A stretch of DNA of 64,000 nt from an archaeon (GCA_043810775.1 JBDRNU010000025.1:1-64000), one strand, 5' to 3'. Numbered from the stretch's first letter, positions 9,682 through 18,807 are shown. Translations and numbers: made by a program. Notes: generated from the sequence alone by a model not told the origin.

Positions 9682-10343
9682 ATTTTCAGAATTTCTATAA
9701 TTTCACCTATTTTTTTATTAGATGAGTATAATCTTGGAGGCCTGTGAGAGACATTTTTTTTAATTTGTTTAGTTAGCTTTAAAATTCCCAGGGAGAGTAT
9801 TTTTTTCCTGAAATTTCGCTTGTCAAACTTTTTATTAAAGACAATATCATATGTTTTTTGAAGCTGAGTCAGCGTGAATTTATCAGGAAGAAGCGAAAAT
9901 GCAATGGTAGTGTATTCAAATTTCCATCTTAGTCTTTTAATTGCATACTCAAGAATCTTGTTATGGTCAAATGCTAATTTTGGAATTTTGTAAGTTGAAA
10001 ACCAGTGTGCTTCGGCTGCATCTGAAGAGGCTTTTAGCTTTAACTCAGAGGAATTGACTAGGGCCAGATGAGTCACTGTAATTACTCTTCCTCTTGGGTC
10101 TCTATCTGGCTGGCTGAAAGTATAGAGCTGTTCTAGGTAGACTGTTTCAATTCCTGTTTCTTCTTTTAGCTCTCTTTTAGCAGCTTCTTCAACTGTTTCA
10201 TTTATTTTAAGGAATCCTCCGGGAATTGCCCAGTTCCCCTTATAAGGTTCTATAGCTCTTTTTATCAGTAAAACTTTTAAGTCATTGTCTTTTATTGTGA
10301 AGACAACCAGATCTACAGTTACTTTTGGGTTTTCATAAGCCAT
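9678..10343 (-). CDS. nrtR: NrtR, Nudix-related transcriptional regulator (Nudix + winged HTH)
   Basis: VTVDLVVF, WAIPGGF..ETVEEAAKRELKEETG, LEQLYTF..PDRDPRGRVIT, LAFDH, FTLTQL, DKRNFRKK, HRPPRLY. Confidence 0.92.
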   Translation of the reverse strand: MAYENPKVTVDLVVFTIKDNDLKVLLIKRAIEPYKGNWAIPGGFLKINETVEEAAKRELKEETGIETVYLEQLYTFSQPDRDPRGRVITVTHLALVNSSELKLKASSDAAEAHWFSTYKIPKLAFDHNKILEYAIKRLRWKFEYTTIAFSLLPDKFTLTQLQKTYDIVFNKKFDKRNFRKKILSLGILKLTKQIKKNVSHRPPRLYSSNKKIGEIIEILKI

Positions 10344-10346
10344 TTT

Positions 10347-11261
10347 TTATTGATTTTCAAATGTAACAATATTTATTTTATGCCAGTATTCATATCCTTT
10401 TTTGTATTTTTTCTGCAATCCTGTTCTCTGAAGATAGCTAATCCATTTTTTATTATTTAAGATATTATTTACTTTTAATGGAACATACATTGAGTCAATA
10501 ATTTTCATTTTCATTTTAGGCTTATTTTCTAATATAACATCCCAGCACAAGCTTGAAATATTTGTAACTAATATTCCTTTTTTATTTAAATAATCTTGCC
10601 CATAGTATATGAGGTGATTGAGCAAGCCAATTCCTTCATAAGGATTATTTCCTTTATCATCAATTCTCGGCACATATGGGGGATTGCAGATAATCAAGTC
10701 GAATTTGTGGTTTTTTATTTTCTTAAGGCCGTCACCAGCATAAAAAGCAGCTGTTTTATCTTTAATATTATCCATAGCACATTTTATTGCATATGGGTTG
10801 ATATCATTAATTAAAAGAGATTTTACTTTAGATTTTTTTAAGAGATATTTGCTCAAAAATCCAGAGCCACATCCGATTTCAATACAATTACCAAACTTAT
10901 TTCTTTTTTCAAATATTTTTTTAAGAGCTCTTGCAAATAATAGTGTGTCAATAGAAGGGCACCAGACATTTATATGGGTGTAATCCCATGACACAGAAAC
11001 ACCATCATATTCAATAATTCTCGGTTTGTTTGAATATAAAGCAAATAGGGTATCTCTTAGTGTGGGGTTTAGCCTTGATATTTGATAGTTATCTGTTGTT
11101 AGCAATGGATTTTTAAATGTGTGGACATAGATTTTTTTGCTTGGTGGATAGGTGAGAGCTCTTTTTCCATTAATCCTATCTTTTCCCATAATGCTTGCAA
11201 GTTCTACCCCGTTTGCCCATATTTCCTCTTTTTTTAGGTCATTTGAGACTTTTATTATCAT
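10347..11261 (-). CDS. Class I SAM methyltransferase, HemK/PrmC-like with N-terminal extension
   Basis: EIGCGSG, DINPYA, ICNPPY; VWCPSIDTLL. Confidence 0.8.
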   Translation of the reverse strand: MIIKVSNDLKKEEIWANGVELASIMGKDRINGKRALTYPPSKKIYVHTFKNPLLTTDNYQISRLNPTLRDTLFALYSNKPRIIEYDGVSVSWDYTHINVWCPSIDTLLFARALKKIFEKRNKFGNCIEIGCGSGFLSKYLLKKSKVKSLLINDINPYAIKCAMDNIKDKTAAFYAGDGLKKIKNHKFDLIICNPPYVPRIDDKGNNPYEGIGLLNHLIYYGQDYLNKKGILVTNISSLCWDVILENKPKMKMKIIDSMYVPLKVNNILNNKKWISYLQRTGLQKKYKKGYEYWHKINIVTFENQ

Positions 11262-11277
11262 GTATATTATACACTAT
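11257..11277. promoter_or_regulatory. Putative NrtR operator (GT-N7-AC) at the start of the methyltransferase-nrtR operon
   Basis: atcatGT-atattat-ACactat; right arm ACACTA matches the boxes at 20531-20621; minus-strand TTTATAA box at about 11284-11290. Confidence 0.6.
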
Positions 11278-11332
11278 CCTAGCTTATAAATGTTAAGTAT
11301 ATGTTTAAATAATATTAATTCTTTTTTTTGTA

Positions 11333-12823
11333 ATGGTAAGTATTTTATTTCCTGGAAGACATCACATACTCACTAGATTTCAACATCAATATTTAAGAGA
11401 CTTAATTGATAAAGGTGTAAATGGAAAAAAAGTTGATAGAATAGTTTTTATTGTGACTTCTTCTAATCATCAGAACACAAGAAGAAACCCAATACCTCTT
11501 TATTTGAGGGTAATGATGATTACTAAGCTAGCTAGTAATCTCCCTTGTGAAATTAAAGTTTATGCAATACCTGATATTGAGTATACTAATAAATATGCTA
11601 GATATGTACTAAGCCAAATTTTTTACCAAAGTGGAGAAAAGTATACTCCTGAGAATTCAATACTTGCTTGTTCTTCACCTGCTGTAATTAAATTATTTGA
11701 AAAAGAAGGTTTTTCTAATGTTCCTGTTGAACTAATTAATAAAAAGAGTGAAAAATATATTGATTTAAGACCTTTTGAAGTTATAAAGCTGCTTGTTAAA
11801 TCAGGAAAAAAATGGAGACATGACTCTTCTTGGAAGAAGTATACTTCAGAATCTTCACAAGATATTTATCTGGAGTATAATCTTGGAGACTTGATTATTG
11901 AAGTTTATAATGATTCTTTATTAGGTGAGGATGCTGATATAACTGAGACAAGGGATTATAATACTTATGCTCATGGAATGGACAAATCAATTGAATTTAA
12001 ATTTAATGATATAAAAGTTTTTGTAAGGGAAGGAAAAATCGTTGATGCTGGATGTGCGACAGGTGCTTTAATTAATTATCTTGCAAAGGAATTTAATGAG
12101 TCAGATATTATTGGCATTGAAGCTACTAGGAGATTTTATGAGTACTGCAGGATGCAGGATTATCCAAGCCCGTTTGTGTTTTTTTACAGAAGGAATATTC
12201 TTGACCAGAATTTTAAAGAAGGCACTATAAATACTTTTATTTATTCTTCTATTTTGCATGAAATTTATTCTTACCTTAATAAGGCGGCATTGATAAAACT
12301 GCTAAAAAATACTTATAAACAGTTAACTTTTGGAGGAAGAATAGTTATTAGAGATGTTGTTGGTCCTGAAAATCCCAATAAAATTGTTTATATGGAATTA
12401 AATGAAAAAGATGGGGAGAAGGAAGGAAGCATTGAGAAAATGTCTACTTATTCTAAATTTTTTAGATTTGCCAAAGATTTTACAAGAAAAATAAAGTTCA
12501 AAGAAGTAAAAATAAATGAAAAGAAGTTGATTAAGTTAAGGCTAGTTGACGCTTATGAGTATATAAGCAAGATGTCATATACTGATAATTGGAAAAGTGA
12601 GATGCATGAAGAATTTGGCTTTTGGAGTTTTAATGATTGGAAAAAAGAATTAATGAAAGTTGGATTTAATATAGTTAGGGGCAGTAAAGAATTTAAGAAT
12701 CCCCATATTATTGAAAAAAAGTATAAAGGAAAAGTTAATTTCTACACTTTAAGAAATAATAAATTAATTGAAGAAGATTACCCTTGCACTAATATGATTA
12801 TTGCAGGTGAAAAGAAAGATTAA
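11333..12823 (+). CDS. Fusion of HIGH-superfamily nucleotidyltransferase-like domain and class I SAM methyltransferase
   Basis: N-terminal FPGRHHILT...TSSN...TRRNP...R (cytidylyltransferase/NMNAT-like); C-terminal VDAGCATG, SSILHEIYSY, GGRIVIRD. Confidence 0.72.
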   Translation: MVSILFPGRHHILTRFQHQYLRDLIDKGVNGKKVDRIVFIVTSSNHQNTRRNPIPLYLRVMMITKLASNLPCEIKVYAIPDIEYTNKYARYVLSQIFYQSGEKYTPENSILACSSPAVIKLFEKEGFSNVPVELINKKSEKYIDLRPFEVIKLLVKSGKKWRHDSSWKKYTSESSQDIYLEYNLGDLIIEVYNDSLLGEDADITETRDYNTYAHGMDKSIEFKFNDIKVFVREGKIVDAGCATGALINYLAKEFNESDIIGIEATRRFYEYCRMQDYPSPFVFFYRRNILDQNFKEGTINTFIYSSILHEIYSYLNKAALIKLLKNTYKQLTFGGRIVIRDVVGPENPNKIVYMELNEKDGEKEGSIEKMSTYSKFFRFAKDFTRKIKFKEVKINEKKLIKLRLVDAYEYISKMSYTDNWKSEMHEEFGFWSFNDWKKELMKVGFNIVRGSKEFKNPHIIEKKYKGKVNFYTLRNNKLIEEDYPCTNMIIAGEKKD

Positions 12824-13272
12824 TTTTTTGAATTTATCCATTTTTTAACTTGAGAAGATAGCTCTTCTAAAGAGTATACTATTTGCACTTCCGGGCGAAT
12901 TAGATTGGTTTGTATTTCTACATCTGACTTTCTTAAATATTCCGGGTCAACTCCTATAAAAATAGGCTTATTAAACACTGACACTTTTCCTAGCTCATAG
13001 AGTGTTATTGGGCAGAGGGTATCTTTTGGAAACCAAAATATCACCGCATCTGCAAGCTTGAGATGATTGAATTCCCATGTAATTTGTTCTTTTTCTATGT
13101 CTGGAAAGTTTTCAGCGTATTTTTCCCTTCTGGGGTTTAGTATAACAATATTTTCTTCTTTTAGCAGCTCAATGAATTTTGACTGCCAGTCTGCGCATCC
13201 AGTTATACCTCCTGCTAAAAAAATACTTTTTTCTTTTTCAGTGTAAACTTTGGGGCATTGTATACATTTCAT
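12820..13272 (-). CDS. Nucleoside 2-deoxyribosyltransferase-like protein
   Basis: SIFLAGGITGCADWQ, LNPRR, QITWE..HL..AD..FWFP...CPITLYELG. Confidence 0.85.
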   Translation of the reverse strand: MKCIQCPKVYTEKEKSIFLAGGITGCADWQSKFIELLKEENIVILNPRREKYAENFPDIEKEQITWEFNHLKLADAVIFWFPKDTLCPITLYELGKVSVFNKPIFIGVDPEYLRKSDVEIQTNLIRPEVQIVYSLEELSSQVKKWINSKN

Positions 13273-14054
13273 TTTTTGATATCAATAACATTTAGAGGTT
13301 GATTAGAAATTGAAATTTCAACTATATCTCCTTTGTTGAAATTATAAACTGTATTTGAATCAAGTGCAATGATTCCTCCCGAATACCTATCTGACTTGAA
13401 TATAATACTTTCATTTTCAAGCATCTCTCCTGAAAGAAGTTGTGGCTTGAATACTCTTTTTCCTGAATAAGGCTCTCTGACTAAGAATGCTAGTTTTCTT
13501 TCATCATATGGAAAAGGCTTTCCACCAGCTGATTTAAACCAGGCATTGCTTCCTGAGCCAGTTGCAACAAGAACTCCTGAGCTTTTCTGCCTTTCTTCTT
13601 TTCCACGGTATTTTATCAAATATCTTGCAGTGGCAAATTGCTTTTCAGTGCCAATAAAAACCTCGTTCAGAGCAAGCTCTTTAAGATGAGTGCCATTTAT
13701 TTTTACTAAAGCCCTTTGCCTTTTAATCAGATTATATTTTCCGTTTAGAATTTCACCAAGGAAATTAATTTCATCATCTTTTAAGCTAGCTGACGCGCCT
13801 TCACTATATTCTGGCTCTGCATTTATCCCTATGATTGGAGTTTCTTTAAGAAATCTTGCGGCACGAATAAACCCTCCATCTCCCCCTATTGTTATTACTA
13901 AATCAATTTCCTTGAATAAAGATTCAGTTAGGTCGTGCGACTTCGCAAGTGTGTACTTTCTTGCTCCTAAAATAGCCTTTACTTTTTCAATTACCTCAAG
14001 ACATTTGTCTGATTTTCTTTCGCTATATACCACTAAAATTTTTTGAAATTTCAT
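13269..14054 (-). CDS. nadK: NAD(+) kinase
   Basis: ITIGGDGGF, IGIN, ALNEV, SSGVLVATGSGSNAWFKSAGG. Confidence 0.9.
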   Translation of the reverse strand: MKFQKILVVYSERKSDKCLEVIEKVKAILGARKYTLAKSHDLTESLFKEIDLVITIGGDGGFIRAARFLKETPIIGINAEPEYSEGASASLKDDEINFLGEILNGKYNLIKRQRALVKINGTHLKELALNEVFIGTEKQFATARYLIKYRGKEERQKSSGVLVATGSGSNAWFKSAGGKPFPYDERKLAFLVREPYSGKRVFKPQLLSGEMLENESIIFKSDRYSGGIIALDSNTVYNFNKGDIVEISISNQPLNVIDIKK

Positions 14055-14055
14055 T

Positions 14056-14958
14056 TTAAGATTTGTACCTCTGTGACATTACTGCAAGCACATTTAGTGC
14101 AGGTATTATTGTTTCTTTTCTAAGACAGATTTCATCTCCGAACATTAAATTTCTGTATCCCATTCTTAATAAATTATCCAAGTCAGATATATCCTCGCAT
14201 GATGGTTCTGGATTTAGTGCAAGTGAAGATAGTATTCTTGATGCTACTACTGCGTTTTTGTTTCTATTTAATATTTTCTCTAATGCAGGTATTATATTAT
14301 GGGGCCAGTAAAGCTCCATATATAAATCTCCACGAGCAGCCATTAGCCTTGTGTTGATTTCATTAAGGTTATCAAGCCCTTTTTGCGATTCTATTTTTGA
14401 AATTATTTCTGATTCCTGGCTGTACTTCCTGAATTCTTCAATATCCTGCTTTCCTTCTACAAATGAAAGCATATATCTTTTTATTCCAATTTTAGTGCAT
14501 GCTTCTATATATCTTTTGTCAGTGTCAGTTAAGTATCCTTCAACTTCCAGTGTTGGATGAACTATTGTTACTGATTCTCCAGGGCCTACAACTCTTCTTG
14601 GGCCTTCTTGCATTATTAGTTTGTTGCCTTCAACTTCCAGAACTGTGGCTTTTTCATTTCTGTCAGAAAAATATGCTTTGCAAGGAGTATAAACTCTTAT
14701 GTTATGGCTTAGTTCTATTTCAGTGAATGGAGGAACCCCATAGTTTTTTACTCTTAATTGCCTGCACTTTAAGTCAATCCAAAGGTCTTTTTCATATTCA
14801 CTTGCTTTTTCATCCAGATATTTGAGAGTATCTTCTAAGCTGTCTTTAATAGGCATTACTGTGTTTAATCTTATTCCGCCAACTATGCTGTGCTTTAGAA
14901 CTTCGTCTATATAGGGTGCATATGGAGGCATTGTAACTATTGCTATTTTTTGTGCCAT
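14056..14958 (-). CDS. Pyruvate-kinase-like protein (A barrel + B domain, no C domain)
   Basis: GIRLN, LWIDLK, MLSFV, SKIES, AARGDLYME, PSCEDISD, MFGDE. Confidence 0.78.
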   Translation of the reverse strand: MAQKIAIVTMPPYAPYIDEVLKHSIVGGIRLNTVMPIKDSLEDTLKYLDEKASEYEKDLWIDLKCRQLRVKNYGVPPFTEIELSHNIRVYTPCKAYFSDRNEKATVLEVEGNKLIMQEGPRRVVGPGESVTIVHPTLEVEGYLTDTDKRYIEACTKIGIKRYMLSFVEGKQDIEEFRKYSQESEIISKIESQKGLDNLNEINTRLMAARGDLYMELYWPHNIIPALEKILNRNKNAVVASRILSSLALNPEPSCEDISDLDNLLRMGYRNLMFGDEICLRKETIIPALNVLAVMSQRYKS

Positions 14959-14985
14959 TTTTTATGATTTGATTTTAATTTCTTA

Positions 14986-15018
14986 CAAAATTTAAAAAAC
15001 AAAAAAAATAAAAAAAAA
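14986..15018 (-). terminator. T-rich tract downstream of vWA gene (possible archaeal terminator)
   Basis: Plus strand aaaatttaaaaaacaaaaaaaataaaaaaaa gives oligo-U on the minus-strand transcript. Confidence 0.4.
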
Positions 15019-15021
15019 TTT

Positions 15022-16032
15022 TTAGTCGAGCAATGACTTTGTTTTCTTTGAACCAGTTTTGGACATTACAGATAATGCTGGCGGATTGTCATCAATATAT
15101 CTTAGTGATTTATGTACTGATTCCTTTATCATTGGATCGTCGTGTCTTGCGTCAAGATTTATGCTAAAATCAGTGTATTCTCCCCACAACTTAGCAATCA
15201 AGCCCATACCTACATCTACTGCTCTTTGTGCTCCTGGAATAATTATTCCCCCTTCACCTTCAACTTCGTATGGGAGTTCAATTATTCTTTCTCTTCCAAG
15301 CACTTTGCCCCAGTTTTCACCAACTTCTTTAGTAGTTGAGCTTTCATTGCCATGACCGTATGGTTTGTGCATAAAGTAGATATTGAATTTTTGCATTAAG
15401 TTTCTCCAAACTTCTGCTGACTCAAGTTCAGACTGTAAATCATCGCCAATATAGTGCCTTACTTGTTTTCTGTCAACTTTGTCATAAAAAGTTTCGTCCC
15501 CGTAAATTAGTAAGAACGGAGATTTAGCCTTAGGAGTTTTGCAATGTTCCTGAATGAAGTAACCAAAAAGCTCGTAACTTTCTGTTATGTGGCCTCCACC
15601 CCCACCTTCACAACCTAATGCCTTTAGCTTAGCTTCAAGCTCTGCTTCTTTTCCAAAGTCATTTACCTGAAGTGGATAGCTGTCACATGTTGCATCACCG
15701 ATTGCTGCAAAACAGATTTCTAAATCAGGACGATATTTTGAAAGTGTCTGGTATAACAAGGGCAGCCTGTCAAAAATCTCTCCTGGCCAGGTTGCCATTG
15801 AACCTGTTACATCCACTGCAATTACTATTGGATTCTCGCTTTCACTTGTGATTATCTTGCCTTTTGGATTTACTAGAGCCATATCAGGTGTTGATCTTGC
15901 CATGTAACTCCTTGGGCCTGCGTCTACTGCTATCTTGTCGTATCTTGCTCTTGCTGAACCAAAGTCATATGCTTTTGAACCTTTCCAATCATCTGTATCT
16001 CCTCCCCATGCATACATTTTTTTACAATGCAC
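15022..16032 (-). CDS. von Willebrand factor A (vWA) domain protein
   Basis: MIDAS-like AVDVTGSM, AIGDATCD..PLQV, EGGGGG..ESYEL, IYGDE. Confidence 0.82.
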   Translation of the reverse strand: MHCKKMYAWGGDTDDWKGSKAYDFGSARARYDKIAVDAGPRSYMARSTPDMALVNPKGKIITSESENPIVIAVDVTGSMATWPGEIFDRLPLLYQTLSKYRPDLEICFAAIGDATCDSYPLQVNDFGKEAELEAKLKALGCEGGGGGHITESYELFGYFIQEHCKTPKAKSPFLLIYGDETFYDKVDRKQVRHYIGDDLQSELESAEVWRNLMQKFNIYFMHKPYGHGNESSTTKEVGENWGKVLGRERIIELPYEVEGEGGIIIPGAQRAVDVGMGLIAKLWGEYTDFSINLDARHDDPMIKESVHKSLRYIDDNPPALSVMSKTGSKKTKSLLD

Positions 16033-16816
16033 CTCCTTTCACTTTTTTGATGTCTCGGTAGTGTCTTCTTCCGAAAACTTTTTCGCGAATATCAGATAAT
16101 ACTATAATTGGATTTTCTTTTTCCCAGTTTGGTCTTTCAAGAGGATCATATCTAAGAAGGTGATTGCAGAATTCGACTATTTCTTCGGGAGTGTCGCCTC
16201 TAAAGGATTTTTTTGCAATATCTCCCCCTAAAGCCCTCAGCATCACAATTCCTGCACCATATAAGTCTGTTTCTGGAATTGGAGGATTTCCTGCTATTAG
16301 TTCTGGAGCAGCATATCTTGGAGTGTATCCTGGAGAACGTGTTGTACTTTTGGGCCTGTAGCTTGCGAGACCAAAATCAATAAGCTTTATATCATGCTTT
16401 TGAGGTTCTATGAAAACATTTTGTGGTTTTACGTCACTGTGAATTACACCATAGCAATGAGTGTAATATAGTGCTCCAAGCAGTCTTTCTGTTATCCAGC
16501 ACGCATCTTCTGGATGCACCGGACCATTTTTCTCTGTGATGTCTTCCAAAGTCTTGCCATCTATGTAACTCATTACAAGAACAGCATTTGTTCTGTCTAG
16601 CTGAATAAAATCTTTTATACTTGGTATTGAGTGGTGTTCATCAAGTTTCCAGAGTAGTTTACCTTCGTGCTTTAGTAGTTCAACATCAAGCGAACTACTT
16701 ATTTTGTTTTGCTTTAAGCATGCTTTTGTTCCAAGTATCAAATGCTCTGCCTGAAATACTCTTCCAAATCCACCTTCCCCTATTTGCTTCAGTACATTAT
16801 AATTTCCAATTTTCAT
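16022..16816 (-). CDS. Hanks-type Ser/Thr protein kinase (stand-alone, soluble)
   Basis: IGEGGFGRV, CLK, IHSDVKPQN, IDFG, TPRYAAPE, TDLYGAG, R in subdomain XI. Confidence 0.93.
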   Translation of the reverse strand: MKIGNYNVLKQIGEGGFGRVFQAEHLILGTKACLKQNKISSSLDVELLKHEGKLLWKLDEHHSIPSIKDFIQLDRTNAVLVMSYIDGKTLEDITEKNGPVHPEDACWITERLLGALYYTHCYGVIHSDVKPQNVFIEPQKHDIKLIDFGLASYRPKSTTRSPGYTPRYAAPELIAGNPPIPETDLYGAGIVMLRALGGDIAKKSFRGDTPEEIVEFCNHLLRYDPLERPNWEKENPIIVLSDIREKVFGRRHYRDIKKVKGGAL

Positions 16817-17427
16817 CTTGTTTCTCCTGCGTAATTTTTTTCTTCAATTGCGTTTTCCTTTAGGTTTATTTTGTTTTGGATTAGGTCTGCTATTGTCTTT
16901 AATCCAAATTCTTTGCGAAATCTTTCAATTATTTGGTTTTTTTCTAAGTAGTCAGCAACTTCTTCTGAAACTTGTGTTTTCCAGCTGTCCCCTAAAGCCA
17001 TTTCAAGCCTTACCTGAGTTGCTTTTAATTTTACATGCTTTCTTTTTGGAATTATTAGTGAAGGATGCAGGATTTTGTAGGAATCTTGCAGTAATTCTGC
17101 AACATATGGATTTGCAGTTACAAAATAATCTAAGTTTCCAAATTTTTCTTTTACATATTCCCTCCATTTCCCCCCATCAGCATACTCTGGAATATGCGCA
17201 AAATCTGGAATATGGATAACTTTATAGTTCGCGTAATTTTTTAGAGTGAGTTTTATCATTTCTTCTGATTCTTCTGCTGTGAAAGGATTTCTTGAATTGT
17301 ATTTGTTGCAACTACCTATTCCAATTATTAGCTGTTCTGAATTTTCACAGACTGACTCAAGCATTATTGCAGCTCCCTTATGGAGTGGCTTGAATCTTCC
17401 TATTAATCCCACTTTTCCAAATTTCAT
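16813..17427 (-). CDS. nadM: NMN/NaMN adenylyltransferase-like (NadM)
   Basis: IGRFKPLHKGA, IGIGS.N..NSRNPFT..E, ATQVR, W...V; NAD operon context. Confidence 0.8.
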   Translation of the reverse strand: MKFGKVGLIGRFKPLHKGAAIMLESVCENSEQLIIGIGSCNKYNSRNPFTAEESEEMIKLTLKNYANYKVIHIPDFAHIPEYADGGKWREYVKEKFGNLDYFVTANPYVAELLQDSYKILHPSLIIPKRKHVKLKATQVRLEMALGDSWKTQVSEEVADYLEKNQIIERFRKEFGLKTIADLIQNKINLKENAIEEKNYAGETR

Positions 17428-17921
17428 TTTGATTTTTCAGATTGCCTCCTTTCAAGGTAAAATTTGAGAATTTTTCTGTGATGGGGGAATGCCCAGATGT
17501 TTTTTTCAAGAAGATTTTCAAGTTTGCTCTCTTCACAGAGAAAAGCTCTTTTTGCATCTTCATTTGGATTAGGCTTTAGGTTTCCATATCCCTTTGCAGT
17601 ATAGGTCACACTTGCAATAAACTCTCTTGGATCCTGTTCTAATTCTGAAAGTACGCATAGCGGGAATTCTGGAGCGTCTAATTCAATGGTTAGTCCAGTT
17701 TCTTCTTTAGCTTCTTTTAGAGCATTTTCATAAAGGGGAATCCTTTCAGCTATTCCTCCTGGAAGTGCAATTCCAAAAGGGGGATTTTTTCTCTCAATTA
17801 AAACAATTCCCTGCTTTTCCCCATTAGTATATCTTATTACTATATCTGTGGCTAAATACGGGCCACGATATTCTCTTCTTAGGTATTCTTTGAATTTTTC
17901 ATAAGCCATTTTTTTCACCAT
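17424..17921 (-). CDS. Nudix hydrolase (ADP-ribose pyrophosphatase-like)
   Basis: LIERKNPPFGIALPGG...KEAKEETGL, QDPR, AFPHH. Confidence 0.85.
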   Translation of the reverse strand: MVKKMAYEKFKEYLRREYRGPYLATDIVIRYTNGEKQGIVLIERKNPPFGIALPGGIAERIPLYENALKEAKEETGLTIELDAPEFPLCVLSELEQDPREFIASVTYTAKGYGNLKPNPNEDAKRAFLCEESKLENLLEKNIWAFPHHRKILKFYLERRQSEKSK

Positions 17922-18807
17922 TATTGTAATTGAGAGTTACTGGTGCAGTTGGAGGATGAATAATTTCTGATTTTGCTTCAGCAACTTCTCTTCTGAACAT
18001 GATATCTTTCATTATTTCTTGAGCATTCTGAAATTTTTTGTATTTGAATTCAAATTCATATTGATGTATTTGCTTTTCAGCAAGTAGTTTTACTTGAGGG
18101 TGGACAGCCAGTTCTAGATGAGAGAAACCTTGTTTTAGCCCTTCACCAACTAGTTCAGTTAAATCATAATCATATCCCAAGTCTTTGAAATCTGTTTGCC
18201 CTTGATAAAGTCCTGCTGTTGGCGTTCTATTTGCCAAATCTGGAAATCCCAGATAGCAGGCAAGTTCCCTGACAAGTCTTTTTGGAAGGTTTCCTATAGG
18301 ACTTAGATGAACTGCCCCATCTCCAAATAAAGTATAATAACCAATTTCAAAATCTTCATCCCTGTTTCCTGTTCCAAGCAAAAGCTTGTTTTCAGTTGCT
18401 GCTTTTTGGTGAAGTATTACTGCCCGAATTTCTGACATTAGGTTCCCCTTATGATATTTAGAATTCATAGACAGTGGGTTAGTATTTGCAAATGCCCTTA
18501 CTACAGGCTCTATATTCACTATCTCATATCTAATTCCGAGCCTTTCTGCAACTTTTACTCCGTCTTCTTTGTCTTTTGGAAAGTTTGCATTTGAAGGAAG
18601 TATGTATCCTACTAGCTCTAATTGTTTTTCTTTGCAGCTGTCAAAAGCTTTTTTTGCCAGTGCTGCTGTGGTTGTTGAGTCTACCCCTCCACTTAGCCCT
18701 ATTATCCCTCCAACCCTGCCAGATTCAATTATATTCTGGATAATAAAATCTCCAATTTCCCTGCATGCAGTTTCTGGATTTATTTTTGCCAGTTTTATTT
18801 TTTTCAT
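17899..18807 (-). CDS. nadE: NH3-dependent NAD+ synthetase
   Basis: GLSGGVDS, GNL..EIR, GTGNRDE..IGYYTLFGDG, PIGNLPK, PTAGL..GQTD..DLG. Confidence 0.93.
   Translation of the reverse strand: MKKIKLAKINPETACREIGDFIIQNIIESGRVGGIIGLSGGVDSTTTAALAKKAFDSCKEKQLELVGYILPSNANFPKDKEDGVKVAERLGIRYEIVNIEPVVRAFANTNPLSMNSKYHKGNLMSEIRAVILHQKAATENKLLLGTGNRDEDFEIGYYTLFGDGAVHLSPIGNLPKRLVRELACYLGFPDLANRTPTAGLYQGQTDFKDLGYDYDLTELVGEGLKQGFSHLELAVHPQVKLLAEKQIHQYEFEFKYKKFQNAQEIMKDIMFRREVAEAKSEIIHPPTAPVTLNYNNGEKNGL

Noticed and set aside
15022-16816. Calling the vWA-kinase pair a TerY-P system
   Set aside because: No PP2C phosphatase or ter genes are present, and the context is NAD salvage.
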